A DNA stretch of 64,000 nt from Nitrospirota bacterium (GTDB lineage: Bacteria; Nitrospirota; Nitrospiria; Nitrospirales; Nitrospiraceae). The stretch is from positions 1,024,001-1,088,000 of the forward strand of contig CAVPBK010000006.1 of assembly GCA_963701855.1 (NCBI GenBank), written 5' to 3'. The position numbers were made by a program, and so were the translations under genes. The notes beneath the pieces were generated by a model that saw only the letters and a list, made by a program, of their open reading frames with translations, made no database searches and was not told the origin of the DNA. Each line of letters opens with the position of its first letter. Position 1 is the stretch's first letter. Below are positions 23,211 through 33,116 of the stretch, one piece after another.

Positions 23211-24653
23211 ATGGCTTCTGGCTCTCGATCCTTATTCACCACACAAACCTCACCGTCGGCGCGTGCGATCGCCCTCTCCTTGCTAGTGGAGTCCGTCAAG
23301 AGCGAGGAAGGGGTCAATGTCTTGCTAGATCGCGCGCTCGCGCGATGCTCGTTCGACAGCAGGGAAAGAGCCCTCACGGTGGAACTCTCCTATGGCGTCT
23401 TGCGGCGGCTTGCGACCATTGATTGGCGGCTTGAACCCGTCATGGCAAAGCCGCTTCCTCGCCTTCCCATCGCGGTGCAGATGGTACTCAGGCTTGGCGC
23501 CTACCAACTCCTGTTTCTTGACCGTATTCCACAGTCTGCTGCAGTCAACGAATCAGTCAACCTGGCCAGAGCCTTTGCCGCCACAGTCGGCAGGGATTGG
23601 AGCGGGTTCGTCAATGCGGTATTGCGTGCGCTCCTGCGCCACCCGCCTCAACCCTGGCCTAGCATGGATCGTGATGCTGCACAGGCTCTCACCGTGCGGT
23701 ACTCGGTTCCAGGCTGGCTCAGCCGTCGATGGGTTGAACGTATGGGCTCGGCCTCTGCGGAGGCGGTCTGCGAAGGAGTCGGCGTCGCGCCTCCGCTGAC
23801 GCTTCGGGTGAACCAGTTGATCACGACCAGAAAAGCACTCCTCGAAACATTTGCACAGATAAATATTGCGGCCAAGCCGACCAGCGTGAGTCCATTCGGC
23901 ATTGTGCTTGAAGAAAGCAGCCTTGTACCCTCGCTCCCCGGGTTTAACGAAGGCGCTTTCTATGTGGAAGATGAAGCGGCCCAATTGATTCCCCCCCTGC
24001 TCGATCCTCAACCTGGTGACATTGTGCTTGATGCCTGCGCGGCTCCGGGAGGAAAATCGACTCATTTGGCCGATCTGATGCATAACAAGGGAACGATCTA
24101 CGCCGTCGATCGGAAAGGTGACCGTTTAGATCTCCTGGGAAGTAATTGTCGCCGACTCGGGGTCCGGATTGTCGTGCCGATTGTCGGCGATATTCGGCAG
24201 CCACGAGAATGGGCTCCCATGATCGAGACAACAGGATCTTCCTCCATGAAGAAAGCTAGAGTTGGCGAACCATCTACGGACCGGATTTTGGTGGACGCGC
24301 CCTGCAGCGGACTCGGTGTGTTACGGCGACATCCGGAAGCGAAGTGGCGGAAAAGCGAGCAGGCGCTCCCTCGGCATCAGACACTCCAGTGTCAGATTCT
24401 CGAAGCGGTTGCCCCATGCTTGCGGCCCGGCGGGGTGCTGGTCTATAGTACGTGCTCGACGGAACCGGAAGAAAACGAAGACGTCGTCCAGCGATTCTGT
24501 CTTGCTCATAGGGAATTCAAGCGTGAGTCCGTTGCCCCCTGGCTCCCGCCTGCGGCACGGGGGTTCGTCACAGAACAAGGTGCCCTCTCGACAGTGGGTA
24601 ACCAGTTCTCGATGGACGGATTTTATGCCGCACGACTGAGGAAGGTTTTCTGA
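23211..24653 (+). CDS. rsmB: 16S rRNA m5C967 methyltransferase (Sun/RsmB)
   Basis: NusB-like N-domain (LRLGAYQL, AVNESV, FVNAVLR), DACAAPGGKS, DAPCSG, YSTCS, DGFY. Confidence 0.95.
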   Translation: MASGSRSLFTTQTSPSARAIALSLLVESVKSEEGVNVLLDRALARCSFDSRERALTVELSYGVLRRLATIDWRLEPVMAKPLPRLPIAVQMVLRLGAYQLLFLDRIPQSAAVNESVNLARAFAATVGRDWSGFVNAVLRALLRHPPQPWPSMDRDAAQALTVRYSVPGWLSRRWVERMGSASAEAVCEGVGVAPPLTLRVNQLITTRKALLETFAQINIAAKPTSVSPFGIVLEESSLVPSLPGFNEGAFYVEDEAAQLIPPLLDPQPGDIVLDACAAPGGKSTHLADLMHNKGTIYAVDRKGDRLDLLGSNCRRLGVRIVVPIVGDIRQPREWAPMIETTGSSSMKKARVGEPSTDRILVDAPCSGLGVLRRHPEAKWRKSEQALPRHQTLQCQILEAVAPCLRPGGVLVYSTCSTEPEENEDVVQRFCLAHREFKRESVAPWLPPAARGFVTEQGALSTVGNQFSMDGFYAARLRKVF

Positions 24654-25354
24654 TGGCACGCCCCCTTTATATTGCGCCCTCGATCTTAGCTGCTGACTTT
24701 GCCAGGCTGGCCGAGGAAGTGGCAGCCGTAGAACGAGCGGGGGCCGATTTTCTCCATATCGATGTCATGGATGGGCATTTCGTCCCCAATTTGACCATCG
24801 GTCCGCCGATCGTGGCGGCGCTCAGAAAAGTCACCAAGCTGCCGCTCGATGTCCACCTCATGATCACCAACGCCGACGCATTTATCGCGGAGTTCGCCGA
24901 GGCTGGAGCTGACTATCTCACCGTTCATGTGGAAGCCTGTCCGCATCTCCATCGCACGGTGCAATCGATCAAGGAACACGGCGTCAAAGCCGGGGTGACT
25001 TTGAATCCAGCCACCTCGCTCAGTACGATCGAGGAGATCCTCCCAGACGTCGACTTAGTTCTCATCATGTCGGTCAATCCTGGCTTCGGCGGTCAAACAT
25101 TTATCCCATCCTGCCTGCAAAAGACTGCCTCGGCTCGTGCCATGATTGATCGGACAAGAAGCCGCGCGTTGCTCGAAGTGGACGGCGGCGTCAAGATCGA
25201 CAATGTGGCTCAGGTGCTGGCTGCAGGAGCCGATGTCTTGGTGGCCGGGTCGGCCATTTTCTCTAGTCGGGACTATGCCGCGACGATCGCTGCGATGCGC
25301 GCAGCCGGCAATTCTTCTTCCACGACGCCGCAGCGCGTCTCCGCTCACCGATAG
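24653..25354 (+). CDS. rpe: Ribulose-phosphate 3-epimerase
   Basis: IAPSILAADF, HIDVMDGHFVPN, MSVNPGFGGQ, EVDGG. Confidence 0.97.
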   Translation: MARPLYIAPSILAADFARLAEEVAAVERAGADFLHIDVMDGHFVPNLTIGPPIVAALRKVTKLPLDVHLMITNADAFIAEFAEAGADYLTVHVEACPHLHRTVQSIKEHGVKAGVTLNPATSLSTIEEILPDVDLVLIMSVNPGFGGQTFIPSCLQKTASARAMIDRTRSRALLEVDGGVKIDNVAQVLAAGADVLVAGSAIFSSRDYAATIAAMRAAGNSSSTTPQRVSAHR

Positions 25355-25363
25355 GCCTCGAGG

Positions 25364-26926
25364 GTGGACATATCTACCCTCATCGATAGCCTCCATCCTC
25401 TCGAAGTCAAAGTCCTGTCGACCTTTGGGGCAAATCCCTCCGCGGTCCTCCAAACGGAACAGCTTGCGCAGTCCACCAGGTTAGAGCCTTCGCAGCTCAG
25501 TATGGCGGTCGAATGGTTGCTCGCCAAGTCGCTGCTCATGGTCGATACGGAAACCGTAACGCCGATTGTCTCGCTCACCAAAATCGGCGAACTCTACTTC
25601 GAAAAATACTCACCGATCGAACGGGTACTCTCTGCCGCTCGAGATGCGGCCAAAACGGGCAAGCGCCTGACCATTCAGGACATTCAATCCCGAGAGGGAC
25701 TCGAACCGGCGGAAGTGAGCGGTGCGATCGGACGACTCAAGAAGGAGGGCGCGCTCCTCATCATTCAAGGCGGCTGTATCGAGTCAACCGGTCGACCGAG
25801 CCAGACGGCGGAAGCGATACGAGGATTGCTGCAACAGCTTCATGGGGCGCCTCGTGGGCTACAGGCATTCCCCGAGGCGCAACGGCAGGTCCTTCAAGAT
25901 CACGCCGTCAAGCGCGGGAATGCACGGGAGCCTTTTCGCATTGATGACCGGGTGGCTAGAGCGCTCAAGCTTTCCGTAACCGGTATCGAGGCCGCCCAGC
26001 AGCTCTCCCGGCAAGGGACAGCGGAAGAGGTCTCCCAACTGACGCCTGAACTACTGAAAGACGGGAGCTGGCGGTCAAAGCGCTTCCGTAAGTACACGAT
26101 CAGTCTCCGCGCGCCACGGATTGCGCCGGGCAAACGGCATCCCTATCGCGAATTTCTCGATGCGGTGAAAACAAAACTCGTGAGCATGGGATTCCAGGAA
26201 ATGCGTGGCGCGCTCGTGGAGACCGAGTTCTGGAACATGGATGCCCTCTTCATGCCACAGTTCCATCCGGCGCGCGATATCCATGACGTCTACTTCGTCA
26301 AGGAACCGACCAATGCCTCGTCGATTGAAGAACCGTTCTTGTCCCGGGTCGCACAAGCCCACCAGGATGGCGGTGAAACCGGTTCAACCGGGTGGGACTA
26401 TCCTTTCAATGCGGAGCGCGCGCGACGACTAGTCTTGCGAAGCCAGGGGACAGCCGTCTCGGCCCATACCTTGGCGGCACAACCTGCCGTACCGGGAAAG
26501 TATTTTTCCATCGCCCGTTGTTTCCGTTATGATCAAGTAGATGCGACGCACGCAACCGATTTCTTCCAGGTAGAAGGGATTGTGCTCGGCGAAGACATCA
26601 ACTTTCGCACGTTGCTCGGCCTGCTAAATCTCTTTGCCCGTGAAGTGGCACAAGCCAAGGAAGTCAAATTTCTCCCAGCCTATTTTCCTTTCACCGAACC
26701 GTCTGTCGAGCTGCATGTGCGCCATCCGAAGCTCGGATGGATGGAACTTGGTGGAGCAGGATTGTTCCGACCGGAGGTCACCCTTCCGCTGGGCGTGACC
26801 GTTCCGGTAATCGCATGGGGACTGGGGCTCGATCGCATGGCAATGGTGGCGCTCGGCATTCACGATATTCGTGAATTGTTCACCGACAATCTTGATCTGA
26901 TTCGATCCACCAGAGGGGCCTACTAG
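25364..26926 (+). CDS. pheS: Phenylalanyl-tRNA synthetase alpha subunit, archaeal/eukaryal type
   Basis: 520 aa with long N-terminal extension; FWNMDALFMPQFHPARD, DATH, PAYFPFTEPS, GLFRPEV, AWGLGLDR. Confidence 0.93.
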   Translation: MDISTLIDSLHPLEVKVLSTFGANPSAVLQTEQLAQSTRLEPSQLSMAVEWLLAKSLLMVDTETVTPIVSLTKIGELYFEKYSPIERVLSAARDAAKTGKRLTIQDIQSREGLEPAEVSGAIGRLKKEGALLIIQGGCIESTGRPSQTAEAIRGLLQQLHGAPRGLQAFPEAQRQVLQDHAVKRGNAREPFRIDDRVARALKLSVTGIEAAQQLSRQGTAEEVSQLTPELLKDGSWRSKRFRKYTISLRAPRIAPGKRHPYREFLDAVKTKLVSMGFQEMRGALVETEFWNMDALFMPQFHPARDIHDVYFVKEPTNASSIEEPFLSRVAQAHQDGGETGSTGWDYPFNAERARRLVLRSQGTAVSAHTLAAQPAVPGKYFSIARCFRYDQVDATHATDFFQVEGIVLGEDINFRTLLGLLNLFAREVAQAKEVKFLPAYFPFTEPSVELHVRHPKLGWMELGGAGLFRPEVTLPLGVTVPVIAWGLGLDRMAMVALGIHDIRELFTDNLDLIRSTRGAY

Positions 26927-26933
26927 GTTTTCC

Positions 26934-28652
26934 ATGCCCACGATTACTATTTTCAAACAGGATCTCGAGGGATTGCTCGCAGCGCCAGGAGAGGCTCCCC
27001 AACCGATCACCATGGAGCAACTTGAAGAATCGTTGATGCTCGTGAAGGGTGAATTGAAAGGGCAGAATCCCGACACCGGCGAACTGCGAATTGAGTTGCA
27101 AGATAGCAATCGCCCCGATCTCTGGTGCTGCGAAGGAATCGCACGGCAACTTCGGATAAAGCGGCTGGGCGTTCTCGCGAAGTACGATTTTCTCACGGCC
27201 AAATCGAAGTCGACAAAGCGCTTGAACGTGGTTCCCGGCTTGGAGAAGGTCAGACCCTACGTGGCGGCCTGCACTGCGACTGGCTACCTCGTCACCCAGG
27301 AGGCCCTCACGCAGTTGATCCAGACGCAAGAGAAACTCGCCGAGATGTTCGGCCGTAAACGCCGGACCGTGTCGATCGGACTCTATCGGCTCGCAGCAAT
27401 CGAGTTTCCTGTTACCTATGATTTGGTAAAACCGGACGAGGCTTCATTCACACCGCTGGGTATGGATACGGCGATGACGCTTGGAGAGATGCTGCTCGTC
27501 CATCCCAAGGGTCTGGAGTTCGGCGGGATTCTCGCAGGACATGATCGTCTGCCCTTCCTGTGCGATGCAAAGCGTCAGGCTCTCTCCTTCCCACCGATTA
27601 TCAATAGCCGCGAAGCCGGAGAAGTGAGGGTGGGAGACGATGCTCTCTTCGTCGAGGTGACGGGCACCGATCTCTCGATGGTCATCTTAACCCTCAACAT
27701 TTTTTCAGCTAATCTAGCGGATCGTGGTGCGGTTATTGAACCGATCGAAGTACGGTATCCCTATAAGACTGCGCTCGGCATGGGGGTCACGACCCCACAA
27801 GATCTTGAGAAATCACGAAAGCTTCCCGTCGGTACGATCGAACAGGCCCTTGGGCAGGCGCTCGGCGCCAAGGAAGTCGCGAAAGCTCTAACGGCCTACG
27901 GCTATGAGGTGGTGACGAAAGGTAAAAACGTGACGGTGACGCTTCCATTCTATCGGCAAGACCTCATGCACGCGATGGACGTGGTCGAAGACGTCGCGAT
28001 CAGCCGTGGGTACGGAGACTTTTTACCGGTAATGCCCTCGCAGTTCACAGTTGGTGGATTGTCGCGCATCGAGGAGGTCTGCGACCGTGTGAGGGCTCTC
28101 ATGGTCGGTATGGGTTTCCAAGAAATCATTTCCAATATTCTCGGTTCGCCCAAGGACCTCCGCGATGCGATGCGGCTGGAAGGGACCGAGTGGGGGCAAC
28201 TTGTCGAGGTGGAGAATGTGATGTCTCAGAACTTTTCCGCACTTCGCCAATGGATGCTTCCATCGTTGCTTCGCGTAGAAGCTGCATCGAATCGGGCCTT
28301 TTATCCCCATCGGATGTTCGAGGCCGGCGAAGTGGCACGTCACGACCTCACGCAGCCCCTAGGGTCACGCACCGTGACAGTGCTCGGCGGGATGATCGCC
28401 CATGCCGATGCACATTTCTCCGAGGCCCACTCCTGTCTGGACACACTGTTCTATTACGTGAACCAAGCCTATAGCCTGGAGCCGATCCAGCATCCTTCGT
28501 TTCTCGCCGGACGAGTAGGTGGTATTGTGTCTGAGGGGAAACAGATTGGTGTGATTGGAGAACTGCACCCAGAAGTGCTCGAACACTGGCAGATTAGTGT
28601 TCCGGCTGTCGCGTTTGAAATCGATCTGACGGAACTAGCCGAACGGTCTTGA
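26934..28652 (+). CDS. pheT: Phenylalanyl-tRNA synthetase beta subunit, archaeal/eukaryal type
   Basis: 572 aa; MPTITI start, NRPDLW..EGIARQL, LSFPPIINS, DVVEDVAISRGY, GELHPEVL; no B2 OB-fold or B8 anticodon domain. Confidence 0.93.
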   Translation: MPTITIFKQDLEGLLAAPGEAPQPITMEQLEESLMLVKGELKGQNPDTGELRIELQDSNRPDLWCCEGIARQLRIKRLGVLAKYDFLTAKSKSTKRLNVVPGLEKVRPYVAACTATGYLVTQEALTQLIQTQEKLAEMFGRKRRTVSIGLYRLAAIEFPVTYDLVKPDEASFTPLGMDTAMTLGEMLLVHPKGLEFGGILAGHDRLPFLCDAKRQALSFPPIINSREAGEVRVGDDALFVEVTGTDLSMVILTLNIFSANLADRGAVIEPIEVRYPYKTALGMGVTTPQDLEKSRKLPVGTIEQALGQALGAKEVAKALTAYGYEVVTKGKNVTVTLPFYRQDLMHAMDVVEDVAISRGYGDFLPVMPSQFTVGGLSRIEEVCDRVRALMVGMGFQEIISNILGSPKDLRDAMRLEGTEWGQLVEVENVMSQNFSALRQWMLPSLLRVEAASNRAFYPHRMFEAGEVARHDLTQPLGSRTVTVLGGMIAHADAHFSEAHSCLDTLFYYVNQAYSLEPIQHPSFLAGRVGGIVSEGKQIGVIGELHPEVLEHWQISVPAVAFEIDLTELAERS

Positions 28653-28737
28653 GGCATACGCTCGTCGGCGCACACCTCAAGACTTACGTCCTGTCCAAGC
28701 CAGTGTTACGAAGGACATTCTCGATAGGCGACTGCGC

Positions 28738-29106
28738 TTAGGCGACAGCCGGAGCGAGGTGCTGCTTGGCGAGACCGACCAGCTGCTCAAATCCCGTTGC
28801 ATCCTTGATCGCCATATCCGATAGAACCTTCCGGTCCAAGAGGATATTCGCTTTCTTCAGGGCGTTGATAAACCGGCCATAGGTCAGTCCATGTGCCCGA
28901 ACCGCCGCGTTGATGCGCGCAATCCACAACACGCGAAAATCCCGTTTCCTATTCTTCCGTCCTGTATAGGCGTAGGCCTGACCTTTATCGACCGATTCTG
29001 TTGCAGTGCGGAACAGCCGGCTCTTTCCTCCATACTGCCCTTTAGCCAGTTTCAGCCGCTTTTTCCGTCTATGTCTTGTTTTGGGACCACCTTTTGCGCG
29101 AGGCAT
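28738..29106 (-). CDS. rplT: 50S ribosomal protein L20
   Basis: [38 protein letters not shown]. Confidence 0.98.
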   Translation of the reverse strand: MPRAKGGPKTRHRRKKRLKLAKGQYGGKSRLFRTATESVDKGQAYAYTGRKNRKRDFRVLWIARINAAVRAHGLTYGRFINALKKANILLDRKVLSDMAIKDATGFEQLVGLAKQHLAPAVA

Positions 29107-29149
29107 GAATCAGTACTCCTTTTGGTTAACGCGATTGGGGCATTCTAAT

Positions 29150-29353
29150 TTAATTGTAGGGCAATAAGCGATCCAGCGCCTGGGTCTTGGTCTTATCCAC
29201 GAGAACCGTTCCGCTTAATCGGCGCTTCCGATCCTGCGTCTTGCTGGTGAGAATGTGGCGTTTCCCCGCCTTTCGCCTGACCAATTTTCCAGAGCCGGTG
29301 CGGGTAAACCGCTTTTTTGCGCCGCTATGGGTTTTCATTTTCCTATTCTTCAT
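29150..29353 (-). CDS. rpmI: 50S ribosomal protein L35
   Basis: KMKTHSGAKKRF..GKRHIL..LLPY. Confidence 0.97.
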   Translation of the reverse strand: MKNRKMKTHSGAKKRFTRTGSGKLVRRKAGKRHILTSKTQDRKRRLSGTVLVDKTKTQALDRLLPYN

Positions 29354-29394
29354 ATCAGTGCTTCCTTAGGTTAATACCGTTCTGTCCGATTGTG

Positions 29395-29901
29395 TTACTT
29401 CGGCGCCACGATCATGATCAAGCTCCGCCCTTCCATGCGAGGGGCGTACTCGATCGTGCCTGTCTCTCCCAACTCTGCGATGACCGTATTCATGAGCGTT
29501 CGACCCATCTCCTGATTCGCCATCTCACGACCGCGGTACGTCAAGAGGACTTTGGTCTTGTTACCATCGGCCAAAAATCCCTTGATCTGTCGAATCTTGA
29601 TCTCCAAGTCATGCTTATCCGTCCGAGGGCGCAACTTAATTTCCTTCACCTGCGTCGACTTTTGATGGCGCCGGTTTTGATGGTCCTTCTTACTCAGCTC
29701 GAACTTGTATTTCCCGTAGTCCATAATGCGGCACACGGGAGGCACCGACGTGGGCGCGACCTCTACAAGGTCGTAGCCACCTTCTTGCGCCTGTTTGAAC
29801 GCATCCGCCGTGAGGAGAATGCCTAGCTGCTCGCTCTCCGGACCGATCACCCGGACTTCACGCACCCTGATTTCGCGGTTAACTCTTAGTTTGGGGACGA
29901 T
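29395..29901 (-). CDS. infC: Translation initiation factor IF-3 (probable ATC start)
   Basis: DLVEVAP..PPVCRIMDYGK, VKEIKLRP, KVLLTYRGRE; frame extends to ATC 29901 behind a GAGGTG SD. Confidence 0.95.
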   Translation of the reverse strand: MVPKLRVNREIRVREVRVIGPESEQLGILLTADAFKQAQEGGYDLVEVAPTSVPPVCRIMDYGKYKFELSKKDHQNRRHQKSTQVKEIKLRPRTDKHDLEIKIRQIKGFLADGNKTKVLLTYRGREMANQEMGRTLMNTVIAELGETGTIEYAPRMEGRSLIMIVAPK

Positions 29902-29913
29902 AAGACACCTCTT

Positions 29914-31845
29914 TTATTGTGTCAGTGAATGTTGCTGTTTTGCTGGCTTGAGGTCCGCACGGAGCAGGTCGAGCGCGCCTGCGACGGTCATACTGCCGAG
30001 ATTGGCTCCGCTCCGACCCCGTATGGCCAGAGTCCCACTCTGCACTTCTCGGTCTCCAACCACAAACATAAAGGGAACTTTCGCCTTCTCCGCTTCTCGA
30101 ATTTTGAGTCCAATTTTTTCATTCCGAAGGTCTGCCTCAGCACGGAACCCCGCAGCTTTTAGTTGGGTCACAACCTCGGCCACATAGGGCCGCTGGTTGT
30201 CTGTAATGGACATGACCGTTGCCTGAACCGGGGCGAGCCAGGTCGGGAAGGCGCCGCCAAAGTGCTCAATCAGAATGCCGAAGAACCGTTCGATCGATCC
30301 CATCAGGGCCCGATGGATCATGATCGGCTGGTGAACTTTGCCGTCTTCCCCAATGTAGCCTAATTCGAACCGCTCGGGATTATTGAAATCGACTTGAATG
30401 GTGGAGCATTGCCAGGATCGTCCCAGGGCATCTTTGATCTTGATGTCGATCTTGGGTCCGTAGAAGACGCCTTCGCCCGGATCGATCTGGTAAGCAACTC
30501 CTCGCCCTTTCAATGCTGCTTCGAGCGCGCTCGTGGCTTGAGCCCATCGTTCTTCCGAACCGACAGACTTTTCGGGCTTCGTCGAGAGGTACACTTCAAA
30601 CTCGGTGAACCCGAAGGTGCTGAGAATAAAGAACGTGAAGTCCAGAACCTTGCTGACTTCGCTTTCAATCTGATCCGGCCGGCAAAATAGGTGCGCGTCG
30701 TCCTGTGTGAAGCCGCGAACCCTCAGCAGACCGTGGAGGACGCCTGTCCGTTCGTACCGGTAGACAGTTCCCAGTTCGCCATAACGGATCGGAAGGTCTC
30801 GGTAACTCCGCAAATGTGACTTATAGATCATGATGTGGAACGGACAATTCATCGGCTTGAGCTGGTACTCGCTGTTTTCAACCTTCATTGGAGCGAACAT
30901 GTTGTCGCGGTAATAGTCAACGTGGCCGCTAGTTTTCCAGAGGTCTAACCGGGCGATGTGAGGGGAATACACCAGTTCGTACCCGTTTTGAATGTGCTGA
31001 TCGCGCCAAAAGTTCTCAATCAACAGCCGGATCGTCGCGCCCTTTGGATGCCAGAGCACCAGGCCGGGGCCGATGTCATCTTGGGTTGAGATCAAGTCGA
31101 GTTCCTTGCCGACCTTGCGGTGGTCTCGTCGCTTGATCTCTTCTAGGCGCGCGAGATGCGCATCGAGTTCAGCCTGGGTGGGGAAGGACGTCCCATAGAT
31201 TCGCTGCAGCATGGGATTGCGTTCGTCGCCGCGCCAATACGCTCCAGCCGTGTTCAGAAGCTTGAAGGCCCCGACATGACCCGTCGTCGGTAGATGCGGG
31301 CCGCGGCAGAGGTCGGTGAACTCACCCTGGCTGTAGACTGAGATGGTCTGCCCATCTGCTAGTCCTTGAATCAACTCAACTTTGTAGGCTTCCCCTCGTT
31401 CATGGAAAAACTTCACCGCGTCCTGCTTCGACAGTTCTGCTCGCATTACAGGAAGGGAGCGCTTGACGATATCTTTCGCTCGCGCTTCGATTTTTTCGAG
31501 ATCTTCAGGGGTAAATGGTCGCTCAAAGGCAAAGTCATAGAAGAACCCATCGTCAAGAGCCGGGCCGATCGTCAGTTGTGCGGTGGGAAAGACCTCTTTG
31601 ACAGCCTGTGCCATAATATGAGTACTGCTATGGCGATAGACCTCACGGCCTTCGGCACTATCGAATCGCAGTGGAAGTACCTCGGCATCTTCCGTCAAGG
31701 CGCTCGAGAGATCGACGGTTTGCCCATTCACCTTGGCTGCAAGGATATCCTGGCCAAGCGTCAGACCAAAAGCCGACAGAGCAGACCCAACGGTCTGGCC
31801 AGCTGGGATGTCCCGACTACTGCCATTATTGAGCGTAATTTTCAT
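29914..31845 (-). CDS. thrS: Threonyl-tRNA synthetase
   Basis: TGS domain, RHSSTH, DLCRGPH, AGAYWRGD, LQRIYGT, KPMNCP, GLLRVRGFTQDDAH. Confidence 0.98.
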   Translation of the reverse strand: MKITLNNGSSRDIPAGQTVGSALSAFGLTLGQDILAAKVNGQTVDLSSALTEDAEVLPLRFDSAEGREVYRHSSTHIMAQAVKEVFPTAQLTIGPALDDGFFYDFAFERPFTPEDLEKIEARAKDIVKRSLPVMRAELSKQDAVKFFHERGEAYKVELIQGLADGQTISVYSQGEFTDLCRGPHLPTTGHVGAFKLLNTAGAYWRGDERNPMLQRIYGTSFPTQAELDAHLARLEEIKRRDHRKVGKELDLISTQDDIGPGLVLWHPKGATIRLLIENFWRDQHIQNGYELVYSPHIARLDLWKTSGHVDYYRDNMFAPMKVENSEYQLKPMNCPFHIMIYKSHLRSYRDLPIRYGELGTVYRYERTGVLHGLLRVRGFTQDDAHLFCRPDQIESEVSKVLDFTFFILSTFGFTEFEVYLSTKPEKSVGSEERWAQATSALEAALKGRGVAYQIDPGEGVFYGPKIDIKIKDALGRSWQCSTIQVDFNNPERFELGYIGEDGKVHQPIMIHRALMGSIERFFGILIEHFGGAFPTWLAPVQATVMSITDNQRPYVAEVVTQLKAAGFRAEADLRNEKIGLKIREAEKAKVPFMFVVGDREVQSGTLAIRGRSGANLGSMTVAGALDLLRADLKPAKQQHSLTQ

Positions 31846-31884
31846 GACATGCACTCAATCGACCAAGGACAAAACACAACAAAG

Positions 31885-31904
31885 GCCTCTCGCCTGCGAG
31901 AGGC
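31885..31904 (-). terminator. Stem-loop/intrinsic terminator after tRNA-Val
   Basis: GCCTCTCG-N4-CGAGAGGC followed on the minus strand by CTTTGTTGTGTTTT. Confidence 0.55.
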
Positions 31905-31924
31905 AAACGGATACCTCAGCTAGG

Positions 31925-31999
31925 TGGTAGGCGCGGACGGTCTTGAACCGTCGACCTCTACCGTGTCAAGGTAGCGCTCTCCCCCTGAGCTACGCGCCT
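31925..31999 (-). tRNA. tRNA-Val (GAC)
   Basis: AGGCGCGTAGCTCAGGGGGAGAGCGCTACCTTGACACGGTAGAGG...GTTCAAGACCGTCCGCGCCTACCA. Confidence 0.96.
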
Positions 32000-32015
32000 A
32001 TCGATCTGGATGCGC

Positions 32016-32045
32016 ATGCTAATATAGCCCTGCCCAAGGTGTCAA
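32016..32045 (-). promoter_or_regulatory. Putative sigma70 promoter of tRNA-Val
   Basis: TTGACA-N18-TAGCAT, the same layout as the tRNA-fMet promoter. Confidence 0.55.
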
Positions 32046-32173
32046 GAAACAGCCTCCCGCTATGAGCTGAGTCTGAAGGCAAAACAGGGTTCAATATACT
32101 CAGATTTGCAGATCTTCGTTCACACGTATTCTGGATTCGGAAATACCGTCGGCCTAAGGGCACACCGACCACG

Positions 32174-32992
32174 TTACACGATCTTCAACGTATCGAAGTT
32201 GATCCCTGCGGGAGCAGGCGGTGTCTTCAGTTTCATATCTTCCAAGGATTCAACAATACGATCGGCGACCACGAGATTCCGATACCATTTCCGATTGGCA
32301 GGCACGATATACCAGGGCGCATGCTTCGTGCTGGTGGCCGAGAGTACCTCTTCAAACACCTTCATATAGTCGGCCCAGAGTTTCCGTTCTTCCAAATCCC
32401 CTTCGTTGAACTTCCAACGCTTTTCCGGATCGCGAATGCGCGCTTCCAACCGCGCTTTCTGCTCGTTTTTTGAGATGTGCAAAAAGACCTTGAGGATGGC
32501 GGTCCCGTTTTCAGCCAGCAATTCTTCAAACTCTTTGATCTGGTTTAATCGTTGGGCCTCCACTTTGGCTGAGATCATCTTGTGGACCCGCGTAATAAGC
32601 ACGTCTTCGTAATGCGATCGGTTAAAGATGCCGATCTGGCCCTTGGCCGGCACCTCGTGATGAACGCGCCAGAGAAAGTCATGGGCGAGTTCGCTATTGG
32701 AAGGGGCCTTGAAGGTCGCCACCCTGCAGCCCTGCGGATTCACACCAGACATGACATGCTTGATCGTCCCGTCCTTGCCGCTGGTATCCATCCCCTGCAA
32801 CACAATGAGCACCGCGCGGTTGCCGTTGGCGTAGAGGCGTTGCTGCAACTCCCCAAGTCTGCCGATCAACTGCACCGTAACGGCCTTCGCTTTCTCTTTG
32901 CCTTGATCTGTATTCCTGTACTCACCGGTGTCGTCGGGATCGCACTTATCCAAGTTGAGTTGTGAGTCAGGCTTGACGCGATACTCTTTCAT
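32174..32992 (-). CDS. ppk2: Polyphosphate kinase 2 family (class III-like)
   Basis: LQGMDTSGKDG, HDFLWR, FNRSHYEDVL, APWYIVPANRKWYRN; GAGGAG SD before ATG 32992. Confidence 0.9.
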   Translation of the reverse strand: MKEYRVKPDSQLNLDKCDPDDTGEYRNTDQGKEKAKAVTVQLIGRLGELQQRLYANGNRAVLIVLQGMDTSGKDGTIKHVMSGVNPQGCRVATFKAPSNSELAHDFLWRVHHEVPAKGQIGIFNRSHYEDVLITRVHKMISAKVEAQRLNQIKEFEELLAENGTAILKVFLHISKNEQKARLEARIRDPEKRWKFNEGDLEERKLWADYMKVFEEVLSATSTKHAPWYIVPANRKWYRNLVVADRIVESLEDMKLKTPPAPAGINFDTLKIV

Positions 32993-33116
32993 GTTCGGTT
33001 CCTCCTCTACCTTCTTAGGCTCCTGTTCGAGGCGGCATTTTACTCTTTTCGTTCCAGCTTGACACCCACGAACAACTGGCAAAGAATGCGCCGAATTATT
33101 CAAGAGGAGGTGCTTC

